A model generated the notes under the pieces. The model ran no database searches, had not been told where the DNA came from, and saw only the letters and a list, made by a program, of their open reading frames with translations. Shown piece after piece: positions 11,526-25,346 of a stretch of 64,000 nt of DNA (the stretch's first letter is position 1; every line of letters begins with the position of its first letter). The position numbers and the translations under genes were made by a program. Source of the DNA: Octopus sinensis (Eukaryota); the NCBI RefSeq assembly GCF_006345805.1, contig NC_043000.1:70184001-70248000 (forward strand). Reading direction: 5' to 3'.

Positions 11526-13036
11526 CAGACAGACGCACACATATACACTCACACATATGAATATGTACATATTCGTGTGTATGCGTGTGCATATGTATGT
11601 ATATGCGTACTACGTATTTTGTATGCATGTACTTATGTATGTAAATGCCATTATGAGTGTGAGCATATATGTATGTATGCATACTGAAAAACTATTCCTT
11701 TCTCTCCATCAATATTTGGATTGTTTGGTAAGATATCTATGAAATAACAATATTCCGTCAGTTGAGTTTGCTTAATTGTGTAACTCTTTTATATTGATTT
11801 ATTAGTTTATTACAAAACCAAATTTCGTTGGGGATGGGATTCAGATAATTCAATCAAATTAAGTGTATTGCTGGTAATTATTTAATAGAGATCAATTTAG
11901 ACAAAAGGAGATGGCGTTTAGTCCGATGACGTGCTCCTGCTATTTCACCACCTATTTTTATTAATATCAAAATCTGTTAAATTATTTGTTTTAGTTATTT
12001 CTATTAATTGGATATATATGTGTCACAGTACAACATATTTTTCACATCAACATATAATTCCCAAGATCTCTCTCTATAATGATAATAAGCCTGCAGCGAC
12101 AAAAGAAAGTTATAAACTGCCTTAGAACTGCCTAAATATCGATTTGGAGCCATGTAAATTCTTTTTAATTTCCATTTTTTAATTTAAAAAGTCAAATAGA
12201 TATCAACTTAAAGACTATTCTTGTATGAACATTTTCAATAATACAATAGATGTCCATTTCATGTAATCGGAATACTGAAAGTTGATTGGAAACCCCTAAA
12301 ATGTATATAATGACTTATATAGACATGAAGCTAAGATTTAAATTTTATTTTGAATTGCTTGCTGTACTGTTCATGCATTACTCGAAAATGCTTGCAACAG
12401 AAGTAAAAATGAAACACCTCCAGTTGGCGACTGAGACTCGGTACTGAACTTATTTTCCCGACAACTTATCATCACGTATGAATGTTGTAACTACTTCAAT
12501 ATTTACTTATTAATGCCGCTACAATCAACAGGCACAGACGCCATACATTCTGACAGAGTACATAAAAATGAACATGTATATTTACCTTTCATCAGCTGAT
12601 TTAATACTGGTCCATTGATTCTATTTGATTACTATTTCCTCGTTCTCTCTGTCCCATGCTGTTCCAACTACTATTGTTGCTAATCTTAATGTCTAAGAAT
12701 TATCCATTCGCATTTAATGCTTGTGTTTCCTTCTCTTCTGTCTTTCTCTGTGTGGAAGCAGGTTGTTGTGTGTGTGTTTATATTTCGGAGCGAAGTTTAT
12801 CTGCCACTTTAATATATCAGATAAATGTGGTTATCACTCCTTATTTCTTCCTTTCTCTTCCCTGCTGTCTGTATTTCTCACCAGCTCAGTTTTTTTTCAT
12901 TCTACCTTATCAAACTATTTTCATTATGTGTACTATTAGCAGATTATTAGAACCGTCTGGATATTTCGCGCGACAGTTCCAGCTGATTCACTGTAGTAAA
13001 AGCACGTGTACCTTCAGATTCATGTGTGTGTGTGTT

Positions 13037-13097
<61 letters not shown>

Positions 13098-14049
13098 TGT
13101 GTCTGTGTATGCACTATCAAAACAATACGCATATATATTTAAAATGTTTTAAACTTGTCTGACTATTTTAGAATGCAATAGAAATTTATTTCTTTTGATC
13201 TGTGTGTATAATTGTGTGCTACACATGTCAGGATGCATAGATATGGCTATAAGTGTATGTGCGTATGTACGCGTGCGATTTTGTGTGTGCGAATGTATCT
13301 GCGTATATGTGCGTTGGGGTAGTGGGTGGGTGTATATGTTTGTATATATATATTTTTTTTTATCGCAGACTTCTAGCAGCTACAAGCAGTGTATAAGTGC
13401 AATCGATAATTTAGTGAATATAAGCTGCTCCTGCTGCCGTCCCTTTAACTGCCATTCACAGAAATGCGATGCGTTTCTAACGCCTTCACTGTTGCAACTG
13501 CACTCACAGTTAGCAGTAATAACAGCAGCTAACTTTCAGATGCTTTAACAGTTTCTAACTGATTCTATGAGAGTGTATTTGATGCATGTAGTTATTAAAA
13601 ACATTGCCCCGAATTTAATTCTTCAGACCTATTTACTGTACGTTATTACAAATATTATTAGCTTCTTTTTAAAAATATTATTCATTCTTTTATCAGAAAT
13701 AAATATGTCAATAACCATTACTTGAATTATAGCAGCAGACTTAGTAATAACTATGAAGCGGTACAAAACACGCGGCATACGACATGTTCACTAGCTATTT
13801 TGCAGCAGAACTATAAAATGTTTAGCCACAACCTGACTGCCTATCTATCAGGTTCTTCATTCATACATAAATGTAGGCGATTCGGTAAGCATATCATGAG
13901 CATGCACCCACATTGACAATTGTATTAACAAAGACGACACAGGGAAGTCACTCGATTTGCTGGAAGTAGCAGTCAAAACCCCTTCGAAGGAAAGAACACA
14001 AGCTAAGGGAGAATGATACATACTCCAAAATAGATGAGATAACCATGGT

Positions 14050-14122
<73 letters not shown>

Positions 14123-14159
14123 TCGTTTACCTTTTATCTTTCACTAATTTTATTCGTTA

Positions 14160-14428
14160 AACTTGCAGAAATATAGTCGAACGAATTGATCCCAGTACTT
14201 TTTTTAAGTGGTACTTTTTCTATCGGTGTCTTGCTAAACCACTAAGTTATAGGACGTAAACACACCAACATCGGTTGTCAGGTGGTGGGGAGATAAACAC
14301 CAAAACAAAGATATTTAATATATATATATATATATATAATATATATAGGTATATATATATTTATACATATATACATATATATATATACATATATATATAT
14401 ACACCACGGTTTCTTTCAGTTTCCGTCA
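14160..14428 (-). mobile_element. SINE family A, old partial copy
   Basis: AAACACACCAACATCGGTTGTCA and CTTTCAGTTTCCGTC segments. Confidence 0.6.
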
Positions 14429-15419
14429 GCACACACACACACACATTTTTATTCGAGATATTGGCATCTATATAACTATTATATTGAGTTCATTGAATTG
14501 TCTTCGAGAATTATATTATATAGAATGTGATGTGTGTGTGTGTGTGTGAGTGTATGTATATATATATGAAGATGTATATGTATATACATGTGTCTGTACG
14601 TGTGTGTATGAGCATGTTTGTGCGCGTGCATATGTCAGTGTATATTTATATTTATGTCTGCGTGTGTATGCGTGTGAGCATCTGTGTACGTGTGCGTGCA
14701 TATATATATATTTGTGTGCTTAAGTATGCTTATGTGTATCTGTGTATAGCATGTGTGTGTGCGTGTGTGTGAGTGTGTGTGCGTCGTGTCTGTGTGTATA
14801 TGTATATATGTGTATACGTATGTATGTATATATGTATGTATGTATGAATTTATGTCTATTTCTGAGTATGTATGAATATATATCAGTGTGCTTGTGTATA
14901 TGAGCATATGTACTAGTACATCTATGTACATGTGTATATGTGTGCGTATGTTTGTATATCCCACTTTTCTTCACCAGCGTTTTGATGCTCCTGATCCAAA
15001 TATAAACGCTTCATCAAAATGTAACTTTTGCATTTTAAAATACTTTATCTATCTGATGAACTTTTAATATGAAATTCCTTCATTATCTATGTAACTTTTA
15101 GATCTTTGTAATTCCTATTAGCAAATGAAACACGTGCAATGGAGAATAAATAATACCAAAAATTTCTTACCTGTTTTGTTATATATATATATATAACATA
15201 TATATATAAAATATATATATATATATATCATATATATATCTATATATATATATATATTATATATATTAATATATATATATATATATATATATACATATTG
15301 TATAGAGGGCATTATTACACATAAATGCCTCACACTAAGAGGGACAAGTCATACTACCAAAATTATACTAATCATACCAAATGTAGTTTTTCAAAGCAAG
15401 ACATTTAAAAATGAATTTA

Positions 15420-15476
15420 GTTCTGTATCACCGTGATTTCACATTCAACTTTACGTCTTATGATCCTCAGCAGAAC
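15420..15476 (-). ncRNA. Type I hammerhead ribozyme, intact core
   Basis: GTTCTG-CTGAGGA-TCAT...ATGT-GAAA-TCAC g GTGA-TA-CAGAAC: perfect 6-bp stem I, AUA triplet. Confidence 0.8.
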
Positions 15477-15926
15477 TGATTCTGAACACATCTAAATAAA
15501 CTACCAACCTTACGTAGCGAAGACGAACAGACAACTTGCTCACTCCGGCCAAGCACATGGAATGTTTATAAATCATATATCCGGTAAATGGCGGGCTTTT
15601 TACGAACTGCATGTCGGGTAATGAAAAGTATTTCGGAATAAGTTTAACAATTAAGGATAATCTCTTAATAAGGGATCTTAACAAGAAATTATCGGGCAGC
15701 TAGCGTGAAAACCTCATAAAAGAAAAGAATTCGAAAATAATTTTTTTCTTTTGAACAAATTAATTATATCTATATTGTATAGAGGGCATTATTACACATA
15801 AATGCCTCACACTAAGAGGGACAAAGTCATTACTACCAAAATTATACTAATCATACCCAAATGTAGTTTTTCAAAGCAACTTCGCTACGTAAGGTTGGTA
15901 GTTTATTTATGATGTGTTCAGAATCA

Positions 15927-15986
15927 GTTCTGCTGAGGATCATAAGACGTAAAGTTGAATGTGAAATCACGGTGATGATACAGAAC
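15927..15986 (+). ncRNA. Inverted copy of the 15420 hammerhead with a GAT duplication at the cleavage site
   Basis: Same sequence but ...GGTGATGATACAGAAC. Confidence 0.6.
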
Positions 15987-16317
15987 TAAATTCATTTTTA
16001 AATGTCTTGCTTTGAAAAACTACATTTGGTATGATTAGTATAATTTTGGTAGTAATGACTTTGTCCCTCTTAGTGTGAGGCATTTATGTGTAATAATGCC
16101 TCTATACAATAAGATATAATTAATTTGTTCAAAAGAAAAAAATTATTTTCGAATTCTTTTCTTTTATGAGGTTTTCACGCTAGCTGCCCGATAATTTCTT
16201 GGTTAAGATCCCTTATTAAGAGATTATCCTTAATTGTTAATATATATATATACATATATATTATATAAATATATTATATATATACATATATTATATATAT
16301 ATATATATTATATATAT

Positions 16318-16362
<45 letters not shown>

Positions 16363-16444
16363 CATCAAATTACCGACGTCACCTAACTCTAGACCAATGA
16401 AACTTTACCTCCGATCAAAACCGAATTTCAGCAAATACAACAGG

Positions 16445-16503
16445 AATGGCTGATGATCGTTCCCCACAGGGAAGCCAATCAGGCAGAACGACAAACTTGA
16501 CCA
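16445..16503 (+). ncRNA. Decayed hammerhead-like motif
   Basis: CTGATGA-TCGTTC...GAACGA (6-bp stem II), then CAAAC instead of GAAAC and GAC instead of GTH. Confidence 0.3.
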
Positions 16504-17602
16504 CCAGAAAAACAAGATGTCACCACTACTTTAACGAATCAAAAATCAGATCCGTTTGCGGAAAACATTATAAATACACCAGATTCTAAAAAACACCGTT
16601 ACAAGCGAAAGTTTCTGCACACGACGGAAAGAGAATCACAGAAAATGTAAGCCAAATCCTTTTTTAACTATCTTCATTTCTCCCTTGCTTTTCTCCCACT
16701 TAACTCGGTATGACTGAAACTTTGATGATATTCATTTCTTGTCAACCACTACTAACACTACTGAATTTTGTACATTTAAATAAGTTGACCCACAGTGTTT
16801 ATATTAGTGGCTGTTGTGCGCATTTAAACTTGTCAACATTGGAACTTTTAAGTATGTTTTTCTAATTCATAATTCTAAATTGTTACCATTCATAAACAGA
16901 AAATATTGTTGAAACTAGTCTGGTATATATGAGCAGTCTTTATAGAAACCACCTAATAATTAATTAATTAAGTACATGAATGAATATTAAACTGATTCTC
17001 TGTACTCTTTCTTTTTTAATGTTTATAATTTATATATACACACCATTTACCTATTTGGGTTATGATATTATTTCTTAAATTTTATTTTTATACAACATAA
17101 CAATATTGTTTATAAACATTCCCCCATAGTGCCCCTAATAAAACTTCCTCTGTATTAACATATTAGGTTTCTTCGCGTCTTTCCCCTTTAACTGGTAATT
17201 AACATCATGATTTATAGTCTACCCCTACCCTGCCTCTTTTTATAGACAGTTACTTATATCCAGCTGACTACTCCTAATGCATTATTTCCTTCCTGGGGAA
17301 AAGGGATACATGATAATATTTATGACCATACCTAGCCATGAGCTGTCAACTCATTCTTGTCCTTTATTCAAAATAGACACAGTCTTCTAGTCTCAGATTT
17401 AGTAGTTCATAAAGAGATAAATGAATTAGAAATGAATTACAATTCTTACAACCCTATGACCCCACTCTGCCCTATGCGATTCTTAGAAGTCGTAGTCTAT
17501 TCTTAGCGACAACATGGATTTCTCCCATCTTCTTACTCTGTTAAAATATTTAAGGAAAATTATATTAATGTGTCCTACTTGTTAAAATTCCATTTATTCA
17601 TT

Positions 17603-17688
17603 TGTGCAGCTGAAGATAGCACTGCATATTGCTGTAATCATTACACTGTTCAATTAAATGGAACTGCTTGAAACGGTAATACTGCATT
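17603..17688 (+). ncRNA. Hammerhead-like motif with a bulged stem I
   Basis: GTGCAG-CTGAAGA-T-AGCA...TGCT-T-GAAAC g GTA-ata-CTGCAT. Confidence 0.4.
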
Positions 17689-18047
17689 ACTACTTGATAT
17701 CCTATTGCTTATTTTGAGTTTATTCACCTTCCTTCGAGCTGTGCAGGTAATACTGGACTGATTTGGTGCTTCAACTCAAGTACCTAATTCAATTGAATCT
17801 TAATTATTTAATGTATTTATGTATGCATGTATGTATGTATGTATGTATGTATGTATGTATGTATGTATGTATGTATGTATGTATTATGTATGTATGTATG
17901 TATGTACGTGTGTGCGCGCCCACGTCTGTATGTATGACTATGCATGTACATATAAATGAACGTGTAAATTTGTAACAGCAGAATTAGCCAAACTCAATTT
18001 ATAAAAGTACATTGTTCATAAAACGTAATAGAGTCAGTATAATCTTT

Positions 18048-18293
18048 TATCTTTTATTTTTTCAGTCATTCGACTGCGGCCATGCTGGGACACACCTTGA
18101 ACCCTTTGGTTGAACGAATCTACCCCAATACATATTTTTAAGCTGGGTATTTATTCTATCGCTCTCTATTGCCAGAGCACTATACTCCGCGGGCCTAAAC
18201 AAACCAACACCGGTTGTCAAACAGCGGGTGAGGACAAACACCGATTCGAAGACACACACACACACACACACACACACACCACACACACACACA

Positions 18294-18340
<47 letters not shown>

Positions 18341-18537
18341 GCACACACTCATGCACACACACTCATACACACACATATTTATGCGATAGGCTTCTTTAGG
18401 TTTCCGTCTACCAAATCCACTCACAAGGATTTGGTCGACCTGTAACTATTGTAGAAGACTTGCCCAAGATGTGATGCGGTAGGACTAAATCATGTCTTCG
18501 GGAAGCAAACTTCTTACCACACAGCCATGCCTGCACC
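18048..18537 (-). mobile_element. SINE family A, older variant
   Basis: CAGTCATTCGACTGCGGCCATGCTGG tail to CCACACAGCCATGCCTGCACC head. Confidence 0.8.
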
Positions 18538-18555
18538 TATATGTGTGTGTGTATA

Positions 18556-18962
18556 CTCTTTTACTCTTTTATTCGTTTCAGTCATTTGACGGCGGCTATG
18601 CTGGAGCACCGCTTTTAGTCGAGGAAATCGACCCCATGACTTATGCTTTGTAAGCCTAGTACTTATTCTATCGGGCCCTTTTGCCGAACCGCTAAGTTAC
18701 GGAGACGTAAACACACCAGTATCTGTTGTCAAGCGATGTTGAGGGCACACACATAGACATATACACACATGTACATATATATATATATAAACAAATATAA
18801 GACGGGCTTCTTTCAGTTCCCGTCTACCAAATCCACTCACAAGGCTTTGGTCGGCCCGAGGCTATAGTAGAAGACACTTGCCCAACGTGCCATGCAGTGG
18901 GACTGAACCCGGAACCATGTGGTTGGTAAGCAAGCTACTTACCACACAGCCACTCCTACGCC
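18556..18962 (-). mobile_element. SINE family A, full length, tandem with previous copy
   Basis: Colinear with 6945-7370. Confidence 0.9.
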
Positions 18963-19465
18963 TGTATGTATGTATGTATGTATTATGTATGTATGTATGT
19001 ATGTATGTACAAAACCACAGTATGTTAATTTCTTTAATTCACATAAATATAAAGTATTGTGCACTCTGGCATGAATTTAAGTATCGCAACGTATTATAGC
19101 CTCCAGATGGAGATCTTGAAATGTATCTTTACTATCTTTCACCCACCGTGTTTCTCTGTTTATTTCAGGCTGATTGATATTCCACAGACTCATGTCATCA
19201 AACGCCACATAATTTCTGGCTTAACAAGTATGTCTTTAGCTTATCAGCGACTAACGATGTGAATACTCAATGATACATCCACATGTTCCATGAGGTATTT
19301 GGCGATAAATATTCCATATTTTTATGTGATACATTAGACGTCCTTCGATTACTTTACATAAAGCCATTGCAACAACAACTTGTTTAATCGTTGTGCACTG
19401 CCAGGGATTAAAGACCATGGTTTGATGAACTATGATTGCCTCGTCAAGTATAATGCGCATCTAGG

Positions 19466-19523
<58 letters not shown>

Positions 19524-20594
19524 TGTGTGTTGGCAGCATTCTTCATAAAGGGTGTGGAAGCATGTGTCAACAATCTCAGATGGACTTTGCCATTTGGTAA
19601 ACATTACAATCCTCCAATTTCCTTATATTTTTGCTCCACGCTTCTTGCTTCATAGTTTTGAGATATAATCAGCATCAGCAATCTATTAAATTCACAGCCA
19701 TATGTTGCACCATAGTTATAAGCTCCCTTTGCACGATGTTTGTTTGCTGTTTATTTGTGTGTGTGTGTGTGTGCATGTGTGATTGTATGTGTGTGTGTAT
19801 GTGTGCATGTGTGATTTATGTGTCTGTTGTATGTGTGTGTGTGTGTGTGTGCGTGTGTGCGCGTGTGCATGTGTGCGTGTCCTTGTGTGCACGCGCCAGC
19901 GTATATGTCTTAGCATGCGTTACTTATTCTATTTGAAAGCTCTCTCGCTTTCGAAGCTGAAATTCAGCTCACGTTGGTGGGTTTACTTCACACATTCAAT
20001 GTTCTCCAAGCCTTTGTAACCTGTATTCTAACATTTCCTGCTATTCACGGATCGCTATCTAATTCTACATTCTTCAAGTCCTCATCTCTTTTCTTGTTTT
20101 TCTTTTTCTATTTTTCTTTCTTGGTGGTTCGGTTTATACCTTTTATTTTCTTAAAGCTTGCTTGTCTTTGTTCTGAATTACCAAGCTTGCGGTATTTAGG
20201 CTGCATTTTGATGAAATATTTTTAACAAATTATCACTTCACAGTCCGCTACCTAAAATTAGAAGTCGAAAATAAATGAAAAAGTAATTGTCATAGTGACA
20301 TACGTTGATTTTCAGACAGACTAGACTGTATTTTCTGACTAGAATCGCTGTTGACGTGACTAGATTCTGCCAGACAAAGATATATGTGAGTGGCTACTGG
20401 AATAGTAAAAAGTATATGAACCAAAAAGTGTATATCGAAAGAAAAAGAAAATCTTAAAATGGACATAGACAAATAAAAATATATGAAAATTCTAACTCCA
20501 TGAGTACACTAATATATAAAGGTGAGTGCAGAATTTTATTCATACGCGTTTATCCGCGCACACACACACACTTATGTATATATATGTATGTGTG

Positions 20595-20632
<38 letters not shown>

Positions 20633-20765
20633 GTGTGTGTGTGTGTGTGTGCGTGTGCATATATATATTTTTTTCAATACAAAAGGACAGCATATTGGTC
20701 CGTGAACACTTTCTGTATTCTCATTAGGATATATCAAGGCATATTTTTAGTGTACTAATATATAC

Positions 20766-20945
20766 AGGCGGAAAGCCGGCAGAATCGTCAGCACGCGTGG
20801 CGAAATGCTTAGTAACATTTCGTTCGTCTTTGCCTTCTGGTTTTATCTTCACCCTTTCGAATGTTGATAAAATAAATACCATTCGAGCACTGGGTTCGAT
20901 ATAATCCACTTACCCCATCCCTCGAAATTGCTGGCCGTCTACTAA
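20766..20945 (+). mobile_element. SINE family C
   Basis: GGCAGAATCGTCAGCACG...GAAATGCTTAG...GATAAAATAAATACC...GGGTTCGATATAATC; shared with 55752 and 57090 copies. Confidence 0.7.
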
Positions 20946-20972
20946 ACTTTGAAAGCAATATATGTGTGTGTG

Positions 20973-21034
<62 letters not shown>

Positions 21035-21205
21035 TGTGCGCGTGCGTGCGTGTGCGTGTTTTCACTCCAGCAAGTAAGTCTTCTGCAATTGAGAAGCTAC
21101 CTCAGTTACTGAAATGCCAGCAGAAATATTTCTCTTTCAAAATATTCACATCTACGTACATTCGTACATCCCTATAGTAGAATGCACATGACCAATGTGC
21201 ACCTG

Positions 21206-21255
<50 letters not shown>

Positions 21256-21512
21256 AGGTTAGTTGAGATAGAGGTTAAAATAACTGTCTAAGGATAGACG
21301 TATCCATTATGCTACCAGTATATTACCTATATTTAACCATGGACATACATATGCAAACCTATTATGTTCATAAGTTATGTTCATAAAGACAAGGGTAAAT
21401 ATGGGTTTATCAAGAAGCAAAATTTAAAGAAAACAGAAAATGGAATAGTTCTAATGAACAACAATTGACTTATATCAATTATTATTTATTAATTCAATGC
21501 AAATAGACTGCA

Positions 21513-21640
21513 TCCCATCTAACAGCTGTTTCTGCTTCCAATGTTATATGGTATTGCCATTGATATTCAAAATATGTAAAAATATTAATCATATTTGGTA
21601 ATAAAACCGATCTGAAACAAGAAGCCTCATCAGAGTGGAG
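21513..21640 (-). ncRNA. Type I hammerhead ribozyme with a long (~80 nt) stem II loop
   Basis: TCCACT-CTGATGA-G-GCTTC...GAAGC-A-GAAAC-AGCT-GTT-AG(A)TGGG; palindromic AACAGCTGTT stem III. Confidence 0.65.
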
Positions 21641-22725
21641 AATAAATAAAGAAGAAAAGCATAGAGAAGAAAAATGGTAAAGTTGAATATGGTTGTAATC
21701 ATACCATTTTGCTTGCGTGTCTCTTTGGGCCGTTAAGTAAAAGGCTAAAACAAAATAGCAATTCGTGAATTAGTCCTTTGTACAGGGGGGATAGGATGGA
21801 AATAATTTTTTTTAAATAATAATAATAATGGGATACCAGTAGGAATTAGTTGGAGAAGGGGTGTAGATATAGTGAGGTTTTATATTAAACATAATAATTT
21901 ATAATAGTTATGTTTCTAGTACTAATTAATAGTATTAATCATAATATAGTGCTAATCGGTTAAATGCAATTTATTTATTTACTATTAGGTGGTTAAGCCC
22001 TTTCACCTGTTGTCCGAAGTGAGATAGGCTACGGTTCAACATTCGATGTAATTGGTCAGTATAAATTTAAAAACAAAAAGCCAGCTGAGGGGGCCAGCTA
22101 TTGAGACCGTTATACGGGGTAAAATAAGTAAATAAATGAATAGGAAGATGGTGTATGTTGTAAGGGGTCCTAAAACGCTTGTGGTAGTAATACTAGATTT
22201 AAAACATAATATTATGGAAATGTTAAGAGAGGAACCGGACACTTAGGAAGTAAGACAGTTAGGGTTGGAAAATGTCCAACAGTTTGTCAATATGAAAGCG
22301 AAATTAGTAAAAACAATGAAACGAATTAATACTGTAGGAAATTTATTGAAATATTTGTGGTTAAGGGGAAGTAATAACTAGGGTAAGCGGCCATAATTAG
22401 TGACTGCTGGTTGGAATTCATCCTCAAAAATGATTTGACTAGACAAACTAATAGCGATTTTTCCAGCTAATTGATTAAATAACTTTAAAATCAGTCTGCC
22501 TGGTGATCAATTAAGTAAAAGTAGATATCCCTAATTAAATTAATGGTTACAATTTATAGTTAAAATTTTAAAAATTGAAATATTTGCAGATTCTTTTTAC
22601 AGATGTTAGCCCTTACTACAATTTGTTCATGCATTTATCCACAAAAAAAGAAAATTCAACATTCATATAAACGCATATGCACACACTCGCACAAATAATA
22701 AATATACATACATATATATATATAG

Positions 22726-22766
<41 letters not shown>

Positions 22767-22790
22767 GATATATATATATATATATATATA

Positions 22791-23052
22791 TATTAATGTA
22801 GGAAGAATAGAGCTGAACGAAGATTTAACAAAATTCTTTATATTATTTTCTACATATGTTTCGAAGGCTGCAAAGTCCCTAATTCGGATTGAATAGGAGT
22901 CCATTTTGCAGCTTTCCTAAGGAGAAAGCTGCAAAATGGACTCCTTATTCAATCCGAATAAGGGACTTTGCAGCCTTCGAAACATATGTAGAAAATAATA
23001 TAAAGAATTTTGTTAAATCTTCGTTCAGCTCTATTTCTTCCTACAATTAATA
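22791..23052. repeat. Fold-back palindrome, ~127-bp arms, centre ~22918-22925
   Basis: TATTAATGTAGGAAGAATAGAGC...GCAGCTTTC mirrors GAAAGCTGC...CTACAATTAATA. Confidence 0.9.
22842..22926 (-). ncRNA. Hammerhead with one core substitution at the fold-back centre
   Basis: CTTAGGA (G5>U)-AAGCTGCAAA...TTTGCAGCCTTC-GAAAC-ATAT-GTA-GAAAA. Confidence 0.5.
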
Positions 23053-23324
23053 TATAAAACTTCAAATTTCCGCACTAAGGCACGGTTTTTATGCCCCATG
23101 GTCGTAACTTCAACCGTGTTTTTTCTGTTGTAATTTTCGCTACCCAGGTATCGGTTATCATTTGAATTATCCGTAATAAGATAATTTATCTACTTCAATA
23201 TATATATATATATATATAATATATATTATAGTATAATATATATACACACACATACATACATATATATATACACACACACACATATATAGTGAATAATGGA
23301 AAGTTCTGTATACACGAAAGAAAA

Positions 23325-23465
23325 GAAATGTAAAAGTCATAGACAATTTGTATAATAAAGTTTATTGTATAACAAAGTTTATGATCATATTGCATCATTG
23401 ATGTAATATGATCCTAATATCACCATAAACTTTGTTATACAAACTTTCTGTGACTTTTACATTTC
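23325..23465. repeat. Imperfect fold-back; a homologous single arm lies at 27420-27505
   Basis: GAAATGTAAAAGTCA...TATAACAAAGTTTATG mirrors CATAAACTTTGTTATA...TGACTTTTACATTTC. Confidence 0.8.
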
Positions 23466-23661
23466 ATTTCTTTCTTATATATATATATATATATACACAT
23501 ATATATATATATATATATATATTACGGAGATGTACTCGCATAGCAAGTAATTTGATCTGAGATCGTGTGCTGAAACGAAAACAATTGCAGCGTGGAAGGT
23601 GTTTATAAGCCATTTAAGAAACACACAAAAGCCGTTCGATTCACTTCAACATTTAAGTTTA

Positions 23662-23711
23662 ATTTGTCAAAATATTTTCGTCGCTAAAATCCGCGACCTG
23701 TTCACTGACAA
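23662..23711 (-). ncRNA. Hammerhead-like fold with non-canonical core GTGAACA
   Basis: TTTGTCA-GTGAACA-G-GTCGC...GCGAC-GAAA-ATAT-TT-TGACAAA: 7-bp stem I, 5-bp stem II, palindromic AATATT. Confidence 0.4.
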
Positions 23712-23751
23712 AGTCCGTGCTGCATACATATATATATGTATGTAATGTATA

Positions 23752-23850
<99 letters not shown>

Positions 23851-24066
23851 GTATATTATATATAATATATATATATATATATATTATTATATATATATAT
23901 ATTGTATATATATAATACCGGAGTAAACACATAATGTGAAACAAGGTGGAAAAAAGAGTACTCAAATACCAGGATAGAGTAATATGCTTTATTTCAAAAC
24001 ACCAGAAACAGTTGAATTTTCTGCTGCTTTGAAATAAAGTATATATATATATATATATATATAGAC

Positions 24067-24102
<36 letters not shown>

Positions 24103-24628
24103 ATGTACACTCCCATACACGCATGCACACACCCACATACAGCATCCATCTACACCAGTACACACACGTCTATTACCTGAATGATTATAATATATATTAT
24201 ATTGCTATATTGACACATACATGGGTATTTATATATGCCGGTTTCAACAAATAATCCCTCATTCAAGTATTAATACATATAATCACAATAACAATATTAA
24301 TAGCACGTAGATAAATGCAAACTGCAAAGAAAGATCAAGGAAATACATAACTAAAAGGGGGTGGGCTGGAGTGTCAAGTTAGTATTAAAGTGTCAAATAA
24401 ATATTTCATTGTGCGGGGCGGGCTTAGAGAGAGGTGTAAATCCGATAGGGGGCTTCATTGAATAGGAGTAGACCAATGCTGACCTAGAGTGGTCTAGAAT
24501 AAACTAAAGTGAAGCAAACAAACAATGAATGTGGGATGGTAAAGTGTTATAAAATATAGACAAATTCACGCACACAACACACACACACACACACACAAGA
24601 TACTATATAAAGATATATATATACATAC

Positions 24629-24663
<35 letters not shown>

Positions 24664-24872
24664 AAACAAAAAAACGGAGAAAAGACACTAAAAACAACGC
24701 AAAGACGTGGTACATGCAAAGTATTAATAATATATATAAAACAACTATAATTATTGTTATATTTAGGAATGGTCATATTGCCAGTTTAGCCAATAAAAAC
24801 ACACGCACTATATATTTGGTGTTATTTTGCTTCAGTGTTATTTATTTTTTACATTAATCTTAATCTTATCTC

Positions 24873-24917
24873 GGCCAGAGTTCTTTCGTCACATTCCTGT
24901 GACCGCATCAGTGGGTC
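24873..24917 (-). ncRNA. Hammerhead-like motif (core CTGATGC), left arm
   Basis: CCA-CTGATGC-G-GTCACA ggaa TGTGAC-GAAAG aa CTC-TGG. Confidence 0.4.
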
Positions 24918-25293
24918 TTTTGTTTTCTTCTTTCTTATTTGTGTCTCCCCTTACTAACCGTCAGCCATTTTGTATTTCTATTGTATGTCTTCATTTGCGC
25001 ATGCTTATATCTCTATGTGCGTTTATGTTTATTTAGTGTGTGTATGTGGGGGGATGCCTGTAATATTTGTATCTTCTGTTTATATATGTTCATGTAATTT
25101 GTATTTTGTTTTTGTTGTTTTTGTTTATTCTTATTTTGTTCATGTGTTTACATCCACTTATTATTATCATTACATATGCTTGTATGTATAACAACAATAC
25201 TAGTAATAATAATAATAAATCGAATCGAAAAAAAAATAATAAATAAAAAAATTATAAATAAAAAAATTATTAAAGAAAAAAAAATATGTATAT

Positions 25294-25346
<53 letters not shown>

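Larger units (their letters stand above)
15295..16240. mobile_element. Family F1 locus: 1.2-mer direct repeat (period 477 bp) plus inverted partial copy
   Basis: Order A-B-C-D-A then B'-A'-D'; A starts ATATTGTATAGAGGGC at 15295 and 15772; inversion starts at ~15879. Confidence 0.9.

Noticed and set aside
12587-13005. Candidate minus-strand exons (NQLELSREISRRF; donor AAG|GTAAAT)
   Set aside because: In-frame stops, and the resemblance to synthetase motifs is too short to be meaningful
15048-15095. CTGATGA...GAAA motif
   Set aside because: Stem II and stem I do not pair convincingly
19169-19227. Single candidate plus-strand exon (LIDIPQTHVIKRHIISGLT) with AG/GT borders
   Set aside because: No linked exon or recognisable homology; expected by chance in 64 kb
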